A stretch of 55,107 nucleotides of DNA, counting the filler, from Catajapyx aquilonaris (lineage: Eukaryota), in the NCBI GenBank assembly GCA_000934665.2. It is 3 parts of 3 records of this genome, joined end to end, with 100 filler letters (N's around TTAATTAATTAA, not from the genome) between each part and the next. Parts side by side here need not be neighbours in the genome. Positions count along the whole stretch, not along the records: positions 1 to 18,284 come from JYFJ02006729.1; positions 18,385 to 36,720 come from JYFJ02006730.1; 1 more part is not named here. One strand, 5' to 3'. The position numbers and the translations under genes were made by a program. Under the pieces are notes generated by a model. The model did not search any database and was not told where the DNA came from. It worked only from the letters and a program-made list of their open reading frames with translations. Within the stretch, counting starts at the first letter, position 1, and each line of letters opens with the position of its first letter. Below, piece after piece: positions 13,101 to 25,283 of this stretch.

Positions 13101-16100
13101 TGCAGAGGGAGCGGGACCGAAGGCGATTCATACACGCATGAGGGCTGTGTATGGAGACACTTGCGTGACGTACTCGACAGTGAAAGACTGGGTACGCCAA
13201 TTCCGCAGTGGTTGACAAGGAACTTGTCCATCGACAGGATTGCTGAGCAGGCATGCAAGCGCTGATCACTTTGAACCAACCCCTCGATCCACACTAGGCT
13301 TGCATCGTTGGAGGAGGTAACAGGTCGGCCTGACCGTGACTTGTCGACCACTGCGGAAATGGCGTACCCAATCCTTCACTGTCGAGTACGCCACGCAAGT
13401 GTCTCCATACACAGCCCTCATGCGTGTATGAATCCCACAGGAACTGAATTACTGCCCGTTCGTCTGCCTTGGACCCACCTGATATGGTGAACGACATTTT
13501 TCCGACTGTGTACCGCAGCTATTACGCAGCACACCGAGTTCACTCTTGGCCAGGTTGGTGACTGATAATGTACCTCACAGCCAACCCCAGCAGCACCTGC
13601 CTCCATGTCACCTGCCGGCCTCCCGCGGCCGGGACAGGAACTTATTGACTATACCTAATAATTTTCATAGTTGTAACTGACCTACCTGTTATCATGGTTA
13701 GTGTACAAGTATTAGGGAAAGATTCTCAGCTGCCTTGTGCAATATATCACAAAGAAGAGAATATTATTATTGCTCATAATGTTAATGTGACCACAATTCT
13801 CCAATATTAGCTAAAAAAATAAATTAGGATCTGTTCTCTATCCCAGCCAGAGGCAGGTAACTTGTTTCCTATCCTACTTATATCCACCAAGTGAAATAAC
13901 ACACTGCATTACATACGTTGCACTAAACACTTACCAGGATGAGGTTCACGGATAGCAGGCAAATTTGATGGTTTCTGCAACAAATGCTTGGCAACTTTCT
14001 TCCGGGTGTTTGGCTGCAGATGATTTTTAACTTCAGTGCTAATCCAATCACTTGTGAGAGCACCTTTTTCTGTCAAAAAACCAAAGAGTAGTTCCCACTC
14101 ATTCATTCAAAATCACACCACACAAGCGCCAATTCAAAAGTTTCTATGCAATATACATATCTCTTCAAATCTTTCAACACAGGTCTCTCCAGAAGCTGGT
14201 GACGTCCCCCTTTGCTATTGTGATGGCTTCCATGCTTGCAGTTCACCCTTTCTATAACTAGGGCTCCAGGCATCTACTGTACTATGACAGTTGACAAAGT
14301 CCGCTCTACATCTGGCAACAAAATCATATTCTCGACTGGATTTAGGCTGAGTAGGTATGGAGGCCTGCTTTCATAAGGAGATGCCATGCTCTTTGGCCAT
14401 TGCTGCATGCTTTTGGCAGTGTGACTTGTGGCATCATCATACTATAAGGTGAATTCATCCTCCAGGCGCAGCATGGGCATGGATGGCAGATGGATATTTT
14501 CGAAGCTTACAAGGGACGGCCGCGAAGTTGGCGCTAACGAATTTGGACAAAAATCATTCAGTGAGTAAATCACATGCGTGATCACTAGGGTTGCCACCTC
14601 TCCGGGTTTGCAAGCGCTGCCTCCGGGCTACGGGTTGTACTCCCGAATCTCCGGGTTTGGCGACTGGTGTATCGATGCAGAGCCTTATCGATGCAAAGAA
14701 GAGGGAGTATGGTATCGATATCGATGCAGTGTATCGATCTGGGATATCGGAGCTATAATATCGGCTCTCACAAGTAGTTGGTAGGACTGACACATGACAC
14801 ACACGTACATGCCAGCGAAAATTGAACCCCAAAAAATTTCGCCTGCGGCGGGCCTCCTCCCCGCCCTGTCTTCGGTTTATGCCCCCCCCCCCCCCAAACT
14901 AGAATACTGGCACATTCCCTTTCCTGGCTCCCCCTTCCAAAAAGTTAAAAACAGTTTAAAGTTTTATTACATTTTTTAATCCAAATTCCCTAAACCCCCC
15001 CCCCCCCNTTTTTGGCCGGGGGGGGGGGGGGTGGCGGGGCCTGGCGAACCCCGCCGAGATATGAGTGGTGTCAGATCTGGCGCGCTCAATAGTGCATCTG
15101 CTTGCTCACTTTTTCAGATTTGTTATCATCATTGAAAAAAAGTCTTATATAAAGGCTTTGTCTGGTGACAGGTATCAGGGCCTCAACCGCAACCGATAGC
15201 GGCAAACGGTTTTCGGATTCAGATGAAACGTGACCCAAATAGGTGTCATGGCCAACATCCGGTGACCAGTCACTTCCGCTTTTCTGGGTTCACTCTATCT
15301 ATCCGCACAAATCTACTTCTGAGTTTGAGACCAATGCCCCAGTCCCGTGACGGATAATAGGGGTTCTACTGTAATCTCCAAGTGTCCTGCATGCAACATT
15401 CAACAGTTACAAGCGTGTCAGGTTTGGGCCGTCTTAGCGCGATGGTGCGGCCATGACTCCCCCTTTGTTTCCCTGCCCCCCTCGCGATGTGGGTGACATC
15501 TATATATCATACCAAATTGTAATCACCGGAGCTTCAAAACTCAGCAAAGGTTATCTCTGTATGTGTTACCGTTTTGGAATTAAAAAATACGCGCAATGAC
15601 TTATGAAACAACTCACGAATACGAGGTGCTACCCAAAATTACAGAGAATTTGGATATACCATGCAAACCAGTAGAGGTACGAACTTGTGACTCGAGGGGG
15701 CGCTAGGTGCACCTTTCAGCTATTAGTCTGAAAAATATCATCTACATAGGTGCACATGTTTCCAAGTTTTGGCAGTTTTCTTGACACCGTGTTCTTGTGT
15801 TTCTGTGATGTTTCGAAATGGCTGATGTTAGGGAGCAAAGGATTTGTATTAAATTTTCCTTCCAGCTCTACAAAACTTCAGTTGCAATCCACCGAATGCT
15901 GAACAAGGCTTTTGATGAGCAAGCTGTAAGACAAGCAATAACATATGAGTGGTTTTACTGCTTCAAAGGTGGCGCGCCAAGTTCACAGCAAAATCAACTC
16001 AATGATGATCATTTTCATTGACATTTTAGGAATTGTACAAATGTAGTTTCTTCCAGTTGGTAAAATTGTCAACAGGAAGTCTTACTGCGATGGTTTGAGA

Positions 16101-16741
16101 CTATTCAGGCTCAAATGGCCGGAGATGTGGAAGAACATAGACTGGTTGCTGCACCATGACAATGCCGCCTGCACACACCTCACGCGTAGTCAGGGACTTC
16201 CTGACAAAAAACCACATGACCACTGTCCCCCACCCTGCTTATTCATTTGTCTTGGCCCAATGTGATTTCTACCTCTTCCCTAAAATGAAATTTGGGTTGA
16301 AAAGGAGGCATTTTGGCTCCACTAAAGAGACCTAAGCAAAATCGCAGCAGGTGCTGAACACGCTACAGTTGGCCAATTTTTTTGGGTGCTTCCAAAAATG
16401 GGAAATTTGCTGGGATCATTGCATATGAGCCCAAGGTGACTACTTTGAAGGGGGCAGTGGAAAATTAGGACTCAAAAGTAAATATTAATGTATTTATGAC
16501 CAAATTCTCGAAAATTTTGGGTAGCACCTCGTATATATCACATACAGCAAAACTTTTGAACCAGGGCTTTTCGTTTTTTGTTATGAATACAATACCTTCT
16601 GTTGCCCAAATGTCCAAGCTCTTTTCACCTCTCTTTGTTTGACTATTTCCCTTTGATGGCTTACTCAGATGATTCAACTCATTCGTAATCGGTTCTTCTT
16701 TCCAAGGTGAAGCTTTCCTTTTAATCGGTATGCCATCATTC
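6964..16741 (-). CDS. NOP53: Ribosome biogenesis protein NOP53 (GLTSCR2/PICT1), partial: five 3' exons
   Basis: Phase-consistent GT-AG exons: 16741-16596 (..KRGEKSLDIW..), 14069-13935 (KPSNLPAIREPHPG), 10882-10755 (TSYNPALDDHQELL), 8898-8669 (KRKTAKQRRKEK), 7294-6964 (RLRSLKKEI...EGNLLRDCLASMQRRNMLEPR, stop). These are hallmark Nop53 motifs. The 5' exons were not found and may lie in or beyond the gap at 18285. Confidence 0.9.
7470..8046 (-). mobile_element. tRNA-derived SINE, family A, interrupted by a hAT MITE
   Basis: Head GGCCGAGATGGTAATGTCTC...GGTTCGATCCC. The tail is split by 7509-7741. Confidence 0.8.
7509..7741. mobile_element. hAT-type MITE
   Basis: TIR CAGTGGTTTCCAACC / GGTTGGAAACCACTG. 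Paralog at 8100-8340. Confidence 0.85.
8100..8340. mobile_element. hAT-type MITE
   Basis: Same TIRs; 8-bp TSD CGTTAGAG / CATTAGAG. Confidence 0.85.
10146..10208. repeat. (AAT)n/(AAC)n microsatellite
   Basis: Direct reading of the sequence. Confidence 0.9.
10941..11271 (+). mobile_element. tRNA-derived SINE, family A
   Basis: GGTGGTCGAGTTGGTAACG...GGTTTGATACCC head, family-A body, A-rich tail. Confidence 0.8.
11311..11617. mobile_element. Tc1/mariner-type MITE with long TIRs
   Basis: ACCTATTTTTATTTCCGAATAACTTTCCAACGAGTACA (~11334) and its inverse (~11559). Right end is ...GATACACCCTG|TA. Confidence 0.7.
12395..12715 (-). mobile_element. tRNA-derived SINE, family B
   Basis: Head ...GCGCCCACGGATGTTAAGGTCCCGGGTTCGATCCC. 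Body matches 17304-17667. Confidence 0.8.
12880..13658. mobile_element. Foldback mariner derivative built from two inverted 5' ends
   Basis: TA flanks; TIR TTAG(G)TATAGTCAATAAGTTCC. Both arms carry a decayed mariner N-terminal HTH (ERTVIQFLCAEG..KAIHTRMRAVYGDTCVTYSTVKDWVRQFRSG; RSGRPVTSS). Confidence 0.85.
15622..16531 (+). mobile_element. Internally deleted, decayed mariner transposon
   Basis: TA-flanked TIRs CGAGGTGCTACCCAAAATT / AATTTTGGGTAGCACCTCG. Transposase remnants: MADVREQRICIKF..YEWF, WLLHHDNA, HPAYSFVLAQCDFYLFPKMK (YSPDLAPxD motif). Confidence 0.9.
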
Positions 16742-17303
16742 CTAAAAATAAAAGTTACACAAGTAATTAAAAATACATTTAACGCAGATTAAAGCTTGGG
16801 GCAGTCACCTAATTTCAATCCCCCTCCCCATCCTAACCAAAACAAGACATTTTGGATAGATAAAAACTTGCCAACAGAAATATTCTAGATATGACGTCAC
16901 CAGTGGTGTCGCGGAAAAATTGCGGGAGGGTATATGTTCGATGTGCAAATCCTATTGTGTAGTGTTTGTACCCAAGGGAAAATTTTGGCAGGGTGTACTG
17001 TAGGGTAGAAATGAAGCAGAAGCAAAGGGTGAGAAGCCCGCAGACGGTGGAATTTTATGGGGGGGGGGGGGGGGNGGTTCAAGGTCACACACGCTTAAAT
17101 GAATGCCTGGACAAAGTTTAGTGTAATCCTCCTATACTGTAAGCAACTAAGCACATCGGATATAAGCAAGTAGAGAGGTCGGTCCCTTCATTTATGCTAT
17201 TTTTCTTTCAAATCTCTTTGTGGCGAACTTGGGAGATGCTTCACAGAGCACAGTTCAGGAACCGCTGCCCTGTACTCATAGAGTAACTTTATAATTGATA
17301 TTA

Positions 17304-17667
17304 GGGGGGGAGGGGGCGTGGTGCTGCGGTAACGCATGCGCCCACAGATGTTAAGGTCCCGGGTTCGATCCCAGCCTGGGGACACCCCCTTCATCTCGTG
17401 CAGAGTTAAGCGGTCGTCTCTGGCTTCGTCTCGGGTGGCATCTCCGAAAGACTAAGCCACCCGGGGGAGTTCACAAATGTACCACGCCAGTCATTGCACT
17501 TGCACATTGCACATCCCCTCCTGTCACCTTCTGTATCGCTTGCGGTACCCGGGCGTTATGGCAAAAGGACCAACTGTACTAGCTGTACTATTAAGCAAAA
17601 TAAAGGTACTGTGCAGGCTGCCCATTGGGCGGAGCACTAAACCCATTATTATCATTATTATTATTAA
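17304..17667 (+). mobile_element. tRNA-derived SINE, family B (uninterrupted reference copy)
   Basis: GGTTCGATCCC B-box. 3' end AATAAAGGTACTGTGC...GCACTAAACCC(ATT)n. Confidence 0.85.
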
Positions 17668-17709
17668 TTGATATTAGGGAGGTTGGCCCGGCATTGCCTC
17701 TTCAACCTC

Positions 17710-17888
17710 CAAGGATAGGGAAGGAAGGAAGTGGCTGTGGCCTATATACGGAAGCGACCCCAGAATTATCCTAGGAAGACTGTGGAAAACCACAGAAAAC
17801 CACAGTCAGGATTGTCGGCCCCAGGATTCTTACCCAGGACCTCCTAATTAGCAGTCGGACGCCTTATCCACCATGCCAACCTGCTTCG
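17710..17888 (-). mobile_element. tRNA-derived SINE, family C (partial)
   Basis: Reverse complement of the GAAGCAGGTTGG...CTGCTAAT.GGAGGTCCTGGGT head seen at 18840 and 33524. Confidence 0.7.
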
Positions 17889-18284
17889 GTACTCATACAG
17901 TAAGGGATAAAACAACATGAAAAAACGCAGTAGGGTGGTTCCATTTCAGATCAGCCAGTGAGTGAAAAAAGGTGTCAGGTCATAGTCATCGATTTTTTTG
18001 AAAAATATATATGTGAAACCCACATCGAATTGAACTCTTATGGAACAATCAGTTTTACCAGATTAAATTTAGTTATCGAGTTGTTAATATTTATTTGAAG
18101 GGGTACCAAAATCACAATCACGCGAAGACGCACTTTTTCCCGCTTTTTCCATTGCTTTCAATGAGTATATCTCGGAAACTGTTCAGTGAACCAACATGAA
18201 ATTTTTAACTCATGCTTTTGGAATGACACGCTGTTATGTCATGCATAAATTTACCTCATTTAATGGTACAGTCACCTGCAAAAA

Positions 18285-18384
18285 NNNNNNNNNNNNNNNN
18301 NNNNNNNNNNNNNNNNNNNNNNNNNNNNTTAATTAATTAANNNNNNNNNNNNNNNNNNNNNNNNNNNNNNNNNNNNNNNNNNNN
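18285..18384. other. Assembly gap / contig linker
   Basis: 44 N + TTAATTAATTAA + 44 N. The spacer is palindromic and has stops in all six frames. Confidence 0.95.
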
Positions 18385-18830
18385 ACACACGTGTGTGTGT
18401 ACACACCTGTGCAATGGATTGCTTGGCCGCCAGGATGAACGAAGAATCTTGCGGACATTCTTTGTGCGGTTCATAGTACACTTGTACAGAGACATAGGTG
18501 CTCGACATCCTCCGCCATTTCCCGGTGCACTGTTGCATGGGCAGGTCGCGAAGAGGGGTTGCCGAGGTCCATGCATGGCCCCATGCTTTGCTGGAGAGCA
18601 TGAGAGCGCCTTGTTCAGTGCAACCGGCATGGCTAGAGAGCCACTGGACACACCGTACTCGCCTTTCCAAGCCTCTCAATTCGAACGGAAAGGATGTGAC
18701 GTCACGCCGTAATCCAAAATCGATTACTCCCTTATTTCTAATTCTTCTATAAAACCGACCGAGGTTATCGCCACCTGCGATTTTTCCCCACCCCCTCGCG
18801 CGCGCTTGACCGTGACTCTGATACACCCTG
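18385..18830. mobile_element. Right half of a palindromic MITE related to 46093-46691
   Basis: Ends TTTTTCCCCACCCCCTCGCGCGCGCTTGAC...GACTCTGATACACCCTG|TA. Confidence 0.75.
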
Positions 18831-18839
18831 TATTTACCG

Positions 18840-19131
18840 AAGCAGGTTGGTGTAGTGGATATGTAGTCTGCCTGCTAATCGGGAGGTCCTGGGTTCGAAT
18901 CCCGGGACCGGCGACCCTGACCGTGGTTTTCTCTGGTTTCCCACGGTACCCCCAGGATAATTCCGGGGTCGTTTCCATAAAAATAGGCCACAGCCGCTTC
19001 CTTCCGTCCCTATCCTTGGCCCCACCCATGTGTGAAGTTAGTCAGAAAAATCGAAGAAAACTGGTGGTATGCCACTACCCTAAAAGGGCTCCCCACCCTA
19101 TCACGCGGTAAAATAAATAATAAAATAAAAA
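18840..19131 (+). mobile_element. tRNA-derived SINE: family C head with family A-type tail
   Basis: A box TGGTGTAGTGG, CTGCTAA loop, B box GGTTCGAATCC. Tail AAACTGGTGGTATGCCAC...(AATAA)n. Confidence 0.8.
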
Positions 19132-19141
19132 TATCTGGAAC

Positions 19142-19503
19142 TTAGAAATCGCCAGTTGTGTAATCCTAATTAAGTTAATTGCACACCTCGGTTATCTTGG
19201 CCATTTATAATCTGAATTACTTTGCAAATGTATCGATGGCAAACCAGAAATGCATGTGATAAAATTAAACCGTGCTCTATTACAATAACATTAGTAAAAG
19301 TATTGGTTTATTAAATTTAATAGCAAAGTACCCAACCTGCTTTCTGTTGGGAATACATAGGGACACTTTGCAATACTTTAAAATTGTTCGTGTAATAGAG
19401 GACGGTTTAATTTTATCACACACATTTCTGGCTTGCAGTCGATACATTTGCGAAGTAATTCGGATTATAAACTGCCAAGATAAGAGAAGTGTGCAATTAA
19501 CTT
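19142..19503. mobile_element. Palindromic MITE core (same family as 28925-29710)
   Basis: AAGTTAATTGCACAC... at ~19171 and its inverse GTGTGCAATTAACTT at ~19489; arms of about 110 bp. Confidence 0.7.
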
Positions 19504-19516
19504 TTTTATGATGACA

Positions 19517-19789
19517 GGGGGACTGAGTGGGGCTGCGGTAACGTATGCTCCCACAGATGTAAGGGTCCAGGGTATGATACCAAGCCCGGGGCTTCTCCCC
19601 CTTCATCTCATGCAGAGTTTAATAGGGGTCATCTCCGGCTTCGTCTAGGGTGGGATTACCGCTAGACTAACCACCCGGGGAGCTAACAAAAATGACCAAA
19701 GCAACGTTACTGCACATTGCACATCCCCTCCCGATCATCCCCCCTCACTCGCGGTACCTGGGCGTTACGTAAAAGGACCAAAGCTTGTA
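19517..19789 (+). mobile_element. Family B SINE, 5' part (3' part resumes at 28671-28782)
   Basis: Matches the 17304 copy up to ...AAAAGGACCAAAGCTTGTA, then breaks off. Confidence 0.8.
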
Positions 19790-20319
19790 CACTGCCGGGC
19801 AAAATTGCATATCATAAAATAATGTAAACAGCTGCATTGGCGTTACCTGGCAACCAGGCATGTTCAGACATCGGCATATGGAGAGTGCTTAGCGTTCTTT
19901 CTATTGTTGCCACTGTGTACAGGTAGCGATTGATGCTGGGTGACCTTGTCTGCAGGATTACTAATGCATGGCATTGGAATAAGCGGGCTGAGGGGATATC
20001 ATTTTGAGAAGGCGATTCGTTATTATCACACTATCGTCACTTTCCAGCATGAGTCAGGATGCATGGAGTTACTGAATGATCGGGAAGGAGTCCAGTATGC
20101 TCTTGTCTGGCAATTTAATATAAGGTTCACATTGAATGTCGTCCACTCCCAATCAAGTCCAGTGTAACAGGTGAAAGGGGAGTAGTGGGTGGGTGAGAGG
20201 GTGTGAAAGAGGGTGGGTTGGGTAAGGAACACATCTTCGTTCTGAATTACTGTCAGAGTCTGAAATGTTGGATTTCTTCATATTGTGAAATTCAGGTCGG
20301 ACTCTCAGAATGATGGGCA

Positions 20320-20700
20320 CAATTCAATTCGGATTTGAATTAATTCGGAGTTAATTCCAAACTGATGAATTGAATTGAATGAATTGTAGTTGGTAAGATT
20401 CCTACTTGAATGAATTTGACTTGCAGGCAATTTTTGTCGGCCGAGTAGGAATTGAATCGAATTGAATCGAATTCAAATTTTCGACCTTTAGAATTGACTT
20501 GAATTGCGGATAGATCTCAATTCGGAATTGAGTCCAAATCGGAATTGAAGGAGTCGAATCCAATTCGGACTCGAGTCCAATTCGGAATCGAATCGAGTCT
20601 AATTCATAATCTAATCCCATTCGGAATCGAGTCCAATTCGGAATCGAATCGGGTCTAATTCAGAATCGAAGGAATTGGTTTCAATGTGGAATTGACGAAC
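20320..20700. repeat. Degenerate GAATT/GAATC repeat array
   Basis: Dense GAATTG/GAATCG/CAATTCG units. Confidence 0.85.
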
Positions 20701-21028
20701 AGTTGGAGGCTCATAACTCTCAAGAGAGTGTAGTGGTTGATTAGGGATGTGTGGAACACGGTGGAACATTAATATACTGGTGTGTGGCATTCGAGTTCTA
20801 GTTTAGGCACAGCTTATGGAAACAGCCTCGACACGCGTTGCTTGCTGCCGCTCAAAAATTCCGAAAATCCTTTAATGACCTTAAGAAAGATACTACATCT
20901 GCCCTCAGGCATCGGCGCGGCGTGCGCTTGGCTGTGTGTGTCAAAACAAAAACGGAATTGAATTGGCTTAACGAATTGCTTCTAATTCTGAACTTGCTGG
21001 ACCAATATTACACTAATACGCAAGGTTT

Positions 21029-22259
21029 TGTTGTTTTGAAATGGATATGTCCATCTGAACGGATTTCCTCTGCAGATTACGAAAATGACATTGAAAATCT
21101 CCTACCACGTCAAGTTTTCGAGTTACAGGGTGTGTCATAAATTCACGTGGGTATGTCCACATGTCCAGCGCGTGACGTGGATGGAGTTGACCTACAGCAA
21201 CGTCCTTACACCCCATTGTTGTGACACTCATCCTTGTTACTACCCCCAGGTTTGATTCCGATTGCATCATTCCACTGGGAGTTATGCACCTCAGAAGGTC
21301 TAAAAGTGTGGGTCGGAGGTGCATTTCGGTGAACTCGCGGGCATCAAATAAAATCATAATTATGTAATTAATTGCGATAACATTAATTGTGATATTGTAC
21401 GAAGAATAGGTGGCGATGCTACATCATACGCCATCATCTAATAAAGTGCACGACAATTCAAGATGGATCAGGAGCGTTTGGAAGAGACCCCCACCCATGC
21501 ACAAAATGTGTCGTGTTGCATACGAGGGTTGAGTCAAAATCATGGCACGTATTTTTTTATTCCAAAACGGTAACACATACAGAGATGACCTTTGCTGAGT
21601 TTTGAAGATCCAGCGATTGCACATTTTCTGGCATATAGATGTCGCCCATATCGCGAGGGGGGTGGGGATACAAAAGGGGAATGTGACCCCCCCACCGCAC
21701 CATCGCCGTAAGACGGCCCAAGGACCGCGTATACGTTGCGCCTTCCCGATAAATTGCCTTTTGTGTATGGGTGGGGGTATCTTTCAAACGATCCTGTTCC
21801 ATCTTGAATTGTCGTGCACTTTATTTGATGATGGCGTATGATAGAGCATCGCCCACCTACTCTTCGTACAATATCACAATTAATGTTATCTCGATTAATT
21901 ACAGAATTATGATTTTATTTGATGGCCGCAAGTTTACCGATATGCACCTCCGACCCACACTTTTACACCTTCTGAGGTGCATAACTCCCAGTGGAATGAT
22001 GCAATCGGAATCAAACTTCGGGGAGTAACATTGTAACAAGGATGAGTGTCACAACAATGTGGTGTAAGGACGTTGATGTAGGTCAACTCCATCCACGTCA
22101 CGCGCTGGACATGTGGACATACCCACGTGAATTTATGACACACCCTGTAACTCGAAAACTTGACTCGAAACTTGACTCGAAAACTTGACGATTTCAATGT
22201 CATTTTCGTAATCTGCAGAGAAAATCGGTTCGGATACACCTGTTTATTTCAAAACAACA
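21029..22259. mobile_element. 1.2-kb foldback element, arms of about 480-500 bp
   Basis: 21029-21506 is the reverse complement of ~21759-22259. The spacer holds a mariner-type end (TACGAGGGTTGAGTCAAAATC at 21521) of the family also seen at ~15420-15615. Confidence 0.85.
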
Positions 22260-25200
22260 GAAAAAAAGTCAAAAAATGCAGATCAGTGTTATTATCATTA
22301 TTCATGCTTTCATGGCTGTTCCGATTTAAAACAGAGTAGCCCTATGTTGTATGAGCAAGGGCCTCGTTTTGCCACCGACCGCCATCAGTTTGGAGGACCA
22401 TAACTGCCTGAAGATTGTAACAGATCATAAATTTCATTAATGGGAAGGGAAGCTATTTTAACACGCTTTCAGATGGTGGAGTCGTGTTTGTAAGAAACCA
22501 ATGTTTCGAATTAAAGATGGCGGCCAAAATATTTATTTGATTTTAATTTTTAAAATGATCTGCATTTGAAAATTTTGAAGCCTGTTACTCAAAAATTCCG
22601 AAGTTTGGAATGGAAAGACCACCAGTCTATACCACTGCCCTCAGGCATTGGCGGGTACGTGCTTAGTGGGGCGAGTCCTCCCTATAACAACCAGAAATAG
22701 TCGGATTAACGAAAAGGATGGACAGGAAACTTTGTCCTATGCACAGGGGCCCGCCAAGGTCAATGACTTGTTTTCGTGGCCGGGTAATGGTGAGACACAG
22801 GTGCAGCAATAGTAATGTGGGATGGGGGAAGCCCAGATGATTGAGTAGTAAGCAAATAAAGGCCATTTTATTTCGCCCAATGTCTATAAGAGATTATTAG
22901 CTCCAGTAAACAACTTCTCGGAAGAAACCTCCAACATACCTAAGTTACATTCCTGTAATGCACAACGATCACATTCATATTTACATCAGTGAGGCATTAT
23001 GAACATGTCGGAACTCTCTTAGATCAATGAAGCAGGTTACATCCGGAGTCACGCTGGATAATCCAAAACAGCACATTTTTCCGCCGGAGCGAGGGGCCAA
23101 AATATCACAAAATAGTCTGTTACAGCCGAGGTGATGTGAAAATGAGTCTGTTTTATCAGGAGTAAAAATACACAGGACCTTATGGAAGAATGCCAGGACC
23201 GGCCTTTCGAGTCTGTTATAACCGAAAGTCCGTTGTAGCCGAGGCTGTTATATCCGGAATCAACTGTATTATGTCCCCTTAAACGAGGTTTTAAAGAAGG
23301 TAACCGATATGGGATAATTCAATACTCAAACCCACTTAATAATAATTTCACTTTGACTTATCCCTCTGCATTTTTCAGCTTTACATACAATTAGGCTATC
23401 TTTTAAAATCACGAAATAAAATTAACCGTATGTTCAAGTTCGTGAAATAATACGGTTTCAGCAAATTCGTCTCGCACGGTTTTCAATGTAGACATTCCGT
23501 ATATTTTAACGTTTTTCATAATAAATTAGCCTCACAGTTGGCCGGTAGTTTATTTGAATTTCGAGTTTTTACGGCGATTTTCTTGAAAATTAATTTAGGG
23601 TCTTCTAGAAGAGGAAAAGAATTATTATTGTTTCCATGTGTGAGCAAAATATCTCATTTCACTCCATTTTCCATTTAAATAGCAATAGATATTCTGGATA
23701 TTTGTAGTAAAAAAATAAGTGGAAAAGTGGTAAAACTGTTACTTGTGGCGTCAGATGAGCGATAATTTTCACTTAGGCTTACGCAAGTACCGGGAACAAA
23801 ATAATGAGTCCACCTTAAAGCTAATTATTCTATACACTTATTATGTAAGTTTATATGTTGAATTTACTAGTTGAAAATCCAACCATCTATTCAGTGTGAT
23901 ATACAAATAATTTTAACACAGTATCTATAATATACGCTTTTGCAAAAATATTTTAAAAGCACCTGCAATTTTCCTAATTTGCAACCAGCAGTCTGTACAT
24001 TCAGGTTATTACATTAGGTACTAGTACGTCATATATGGATCTTGTGTTCTCAGATTGTTGTCAGATTTTCTCATTATTACCTTTAATCACGAGGGAACCT
24101 TCTACCCTGACACTGTAATGCAGATATAAATTACCACAGTATATTAATTTCATTTTGCTTTGAGTCATCACATCTACATAAGATGAATGAGAACACTGTA
24201 ACACTGATCAACTTTTTTGTCCATGTGTGGGAATTCATCACTATTTCCGTATTACTTAATAGGTCACTTGTAAATCATGATGACCTTTCATTCCCTCTGA
24301 ACTTTGCTTTTGACCTCGGGGCAGTCAAATAACCAAAGTCCTCGAAGTATACGGGTCATCCCGAATCAAGTGGGCCGGAATGTTGCTAGACCATCTCGAA
24401 AAACACTCGTGAATTGGAATGTAAGGAAAGGATGCTCGCTATACCACAACTATACTGCTTGCGTTACCACGACCGTAGTCCATTTCATAATAGAAATTCA
24501 ATGAAATCTGGGGGAAACTTGTCAAGTGTGAAATTATTGTTTGAGCCCGCTGGCAAATGACTTGAGGTGCATTTATGGAGTACATTACATTACTGAAACA
24601 TTCGCTGTGCAGAAATTATGCTGACTCTATCATATAGAGAGGGATCTTACTGGTTTCACTGCCTAATCTTTGGTAATAGGCATATCCAGTGAGACCTAGT
24701 CTAATAATACTCGTACTTGGTCTGGACCCCTGTATAAAAAACTGAATATTCTAGAAAACAATACATGTGGGTGCCTATATCAAATGGAAAACATAGTCAC
24801 ACTTCCCTGTATGTCGTATTTACAACATAAAAAGGGTACATCCATCGGGCTGTTCAGTCCAATCTTCGTTTGTTTTTTTTATCAGTCTTGATTTTTCTAA
24901 CAACAATTTTCCATTTCAAATTGAACAATAAACATGCTGTATTCAGAGCAATGCATGATTGGTCTTCTTTGGTTATAAACTTATCATGAAAACAGTTAAA
25001 ATAGGCTCTTAAATAGGTACTAAAAATCAAGCAGGCCCTAATTTATTTTCAGTTCCATGCACATTACAGCCTATACTCTTGGCCATGTCATTTTGCAGCC
25101 CAGTAACAAATTAGAAGGTGTTCCATATTTTAGTTGTTTTTTAAAATTATTATTTGTCGGCAATTCCTGTGTGACAGTACAACTTTATACCCTGAAAATG

Positions 25201-25283
25201 ACCTTTCGACGTCACACAAAGCAACTAGATCGTTCTTGAAAGGTTAAATGTCTTGTACAGTCAGTTCATCCTGCATGTTTATA

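Noticed and set aside
14668..14740. Cluster of TATCGAT(A) DRE-like motifs
   Set aside because: Intronic and next to a TAGGGTTGCCA TE-like end; more likely subterminal repeats than a promoter.
15070..15135. Possible C/D snoRNA in a NOP53 intron (ATGATGA...CTGA, minus strand)
   Set aside because: No terminal stem, no recognisable rRNA guide, and embedded in TE-like sequence.
18329..18340. TTAATTAATTAA palindrome
   Set aside because: Assembly linker, not biological.
18840..18905. tRNA-Ser(GCT)-like gene (also 33524, 31993, 17304)
   Set aside because: A/B boxes are present, but I see no proper acceptor stem or long variable arm, and each is fused to a repeated body and tail: these are SINE heads.
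20320..20700. CRISPR-like or telomeric array
   Set aside because: No repeat-spacer periodicity, not TTAGG, and the context is a eukaryotic transposon end.
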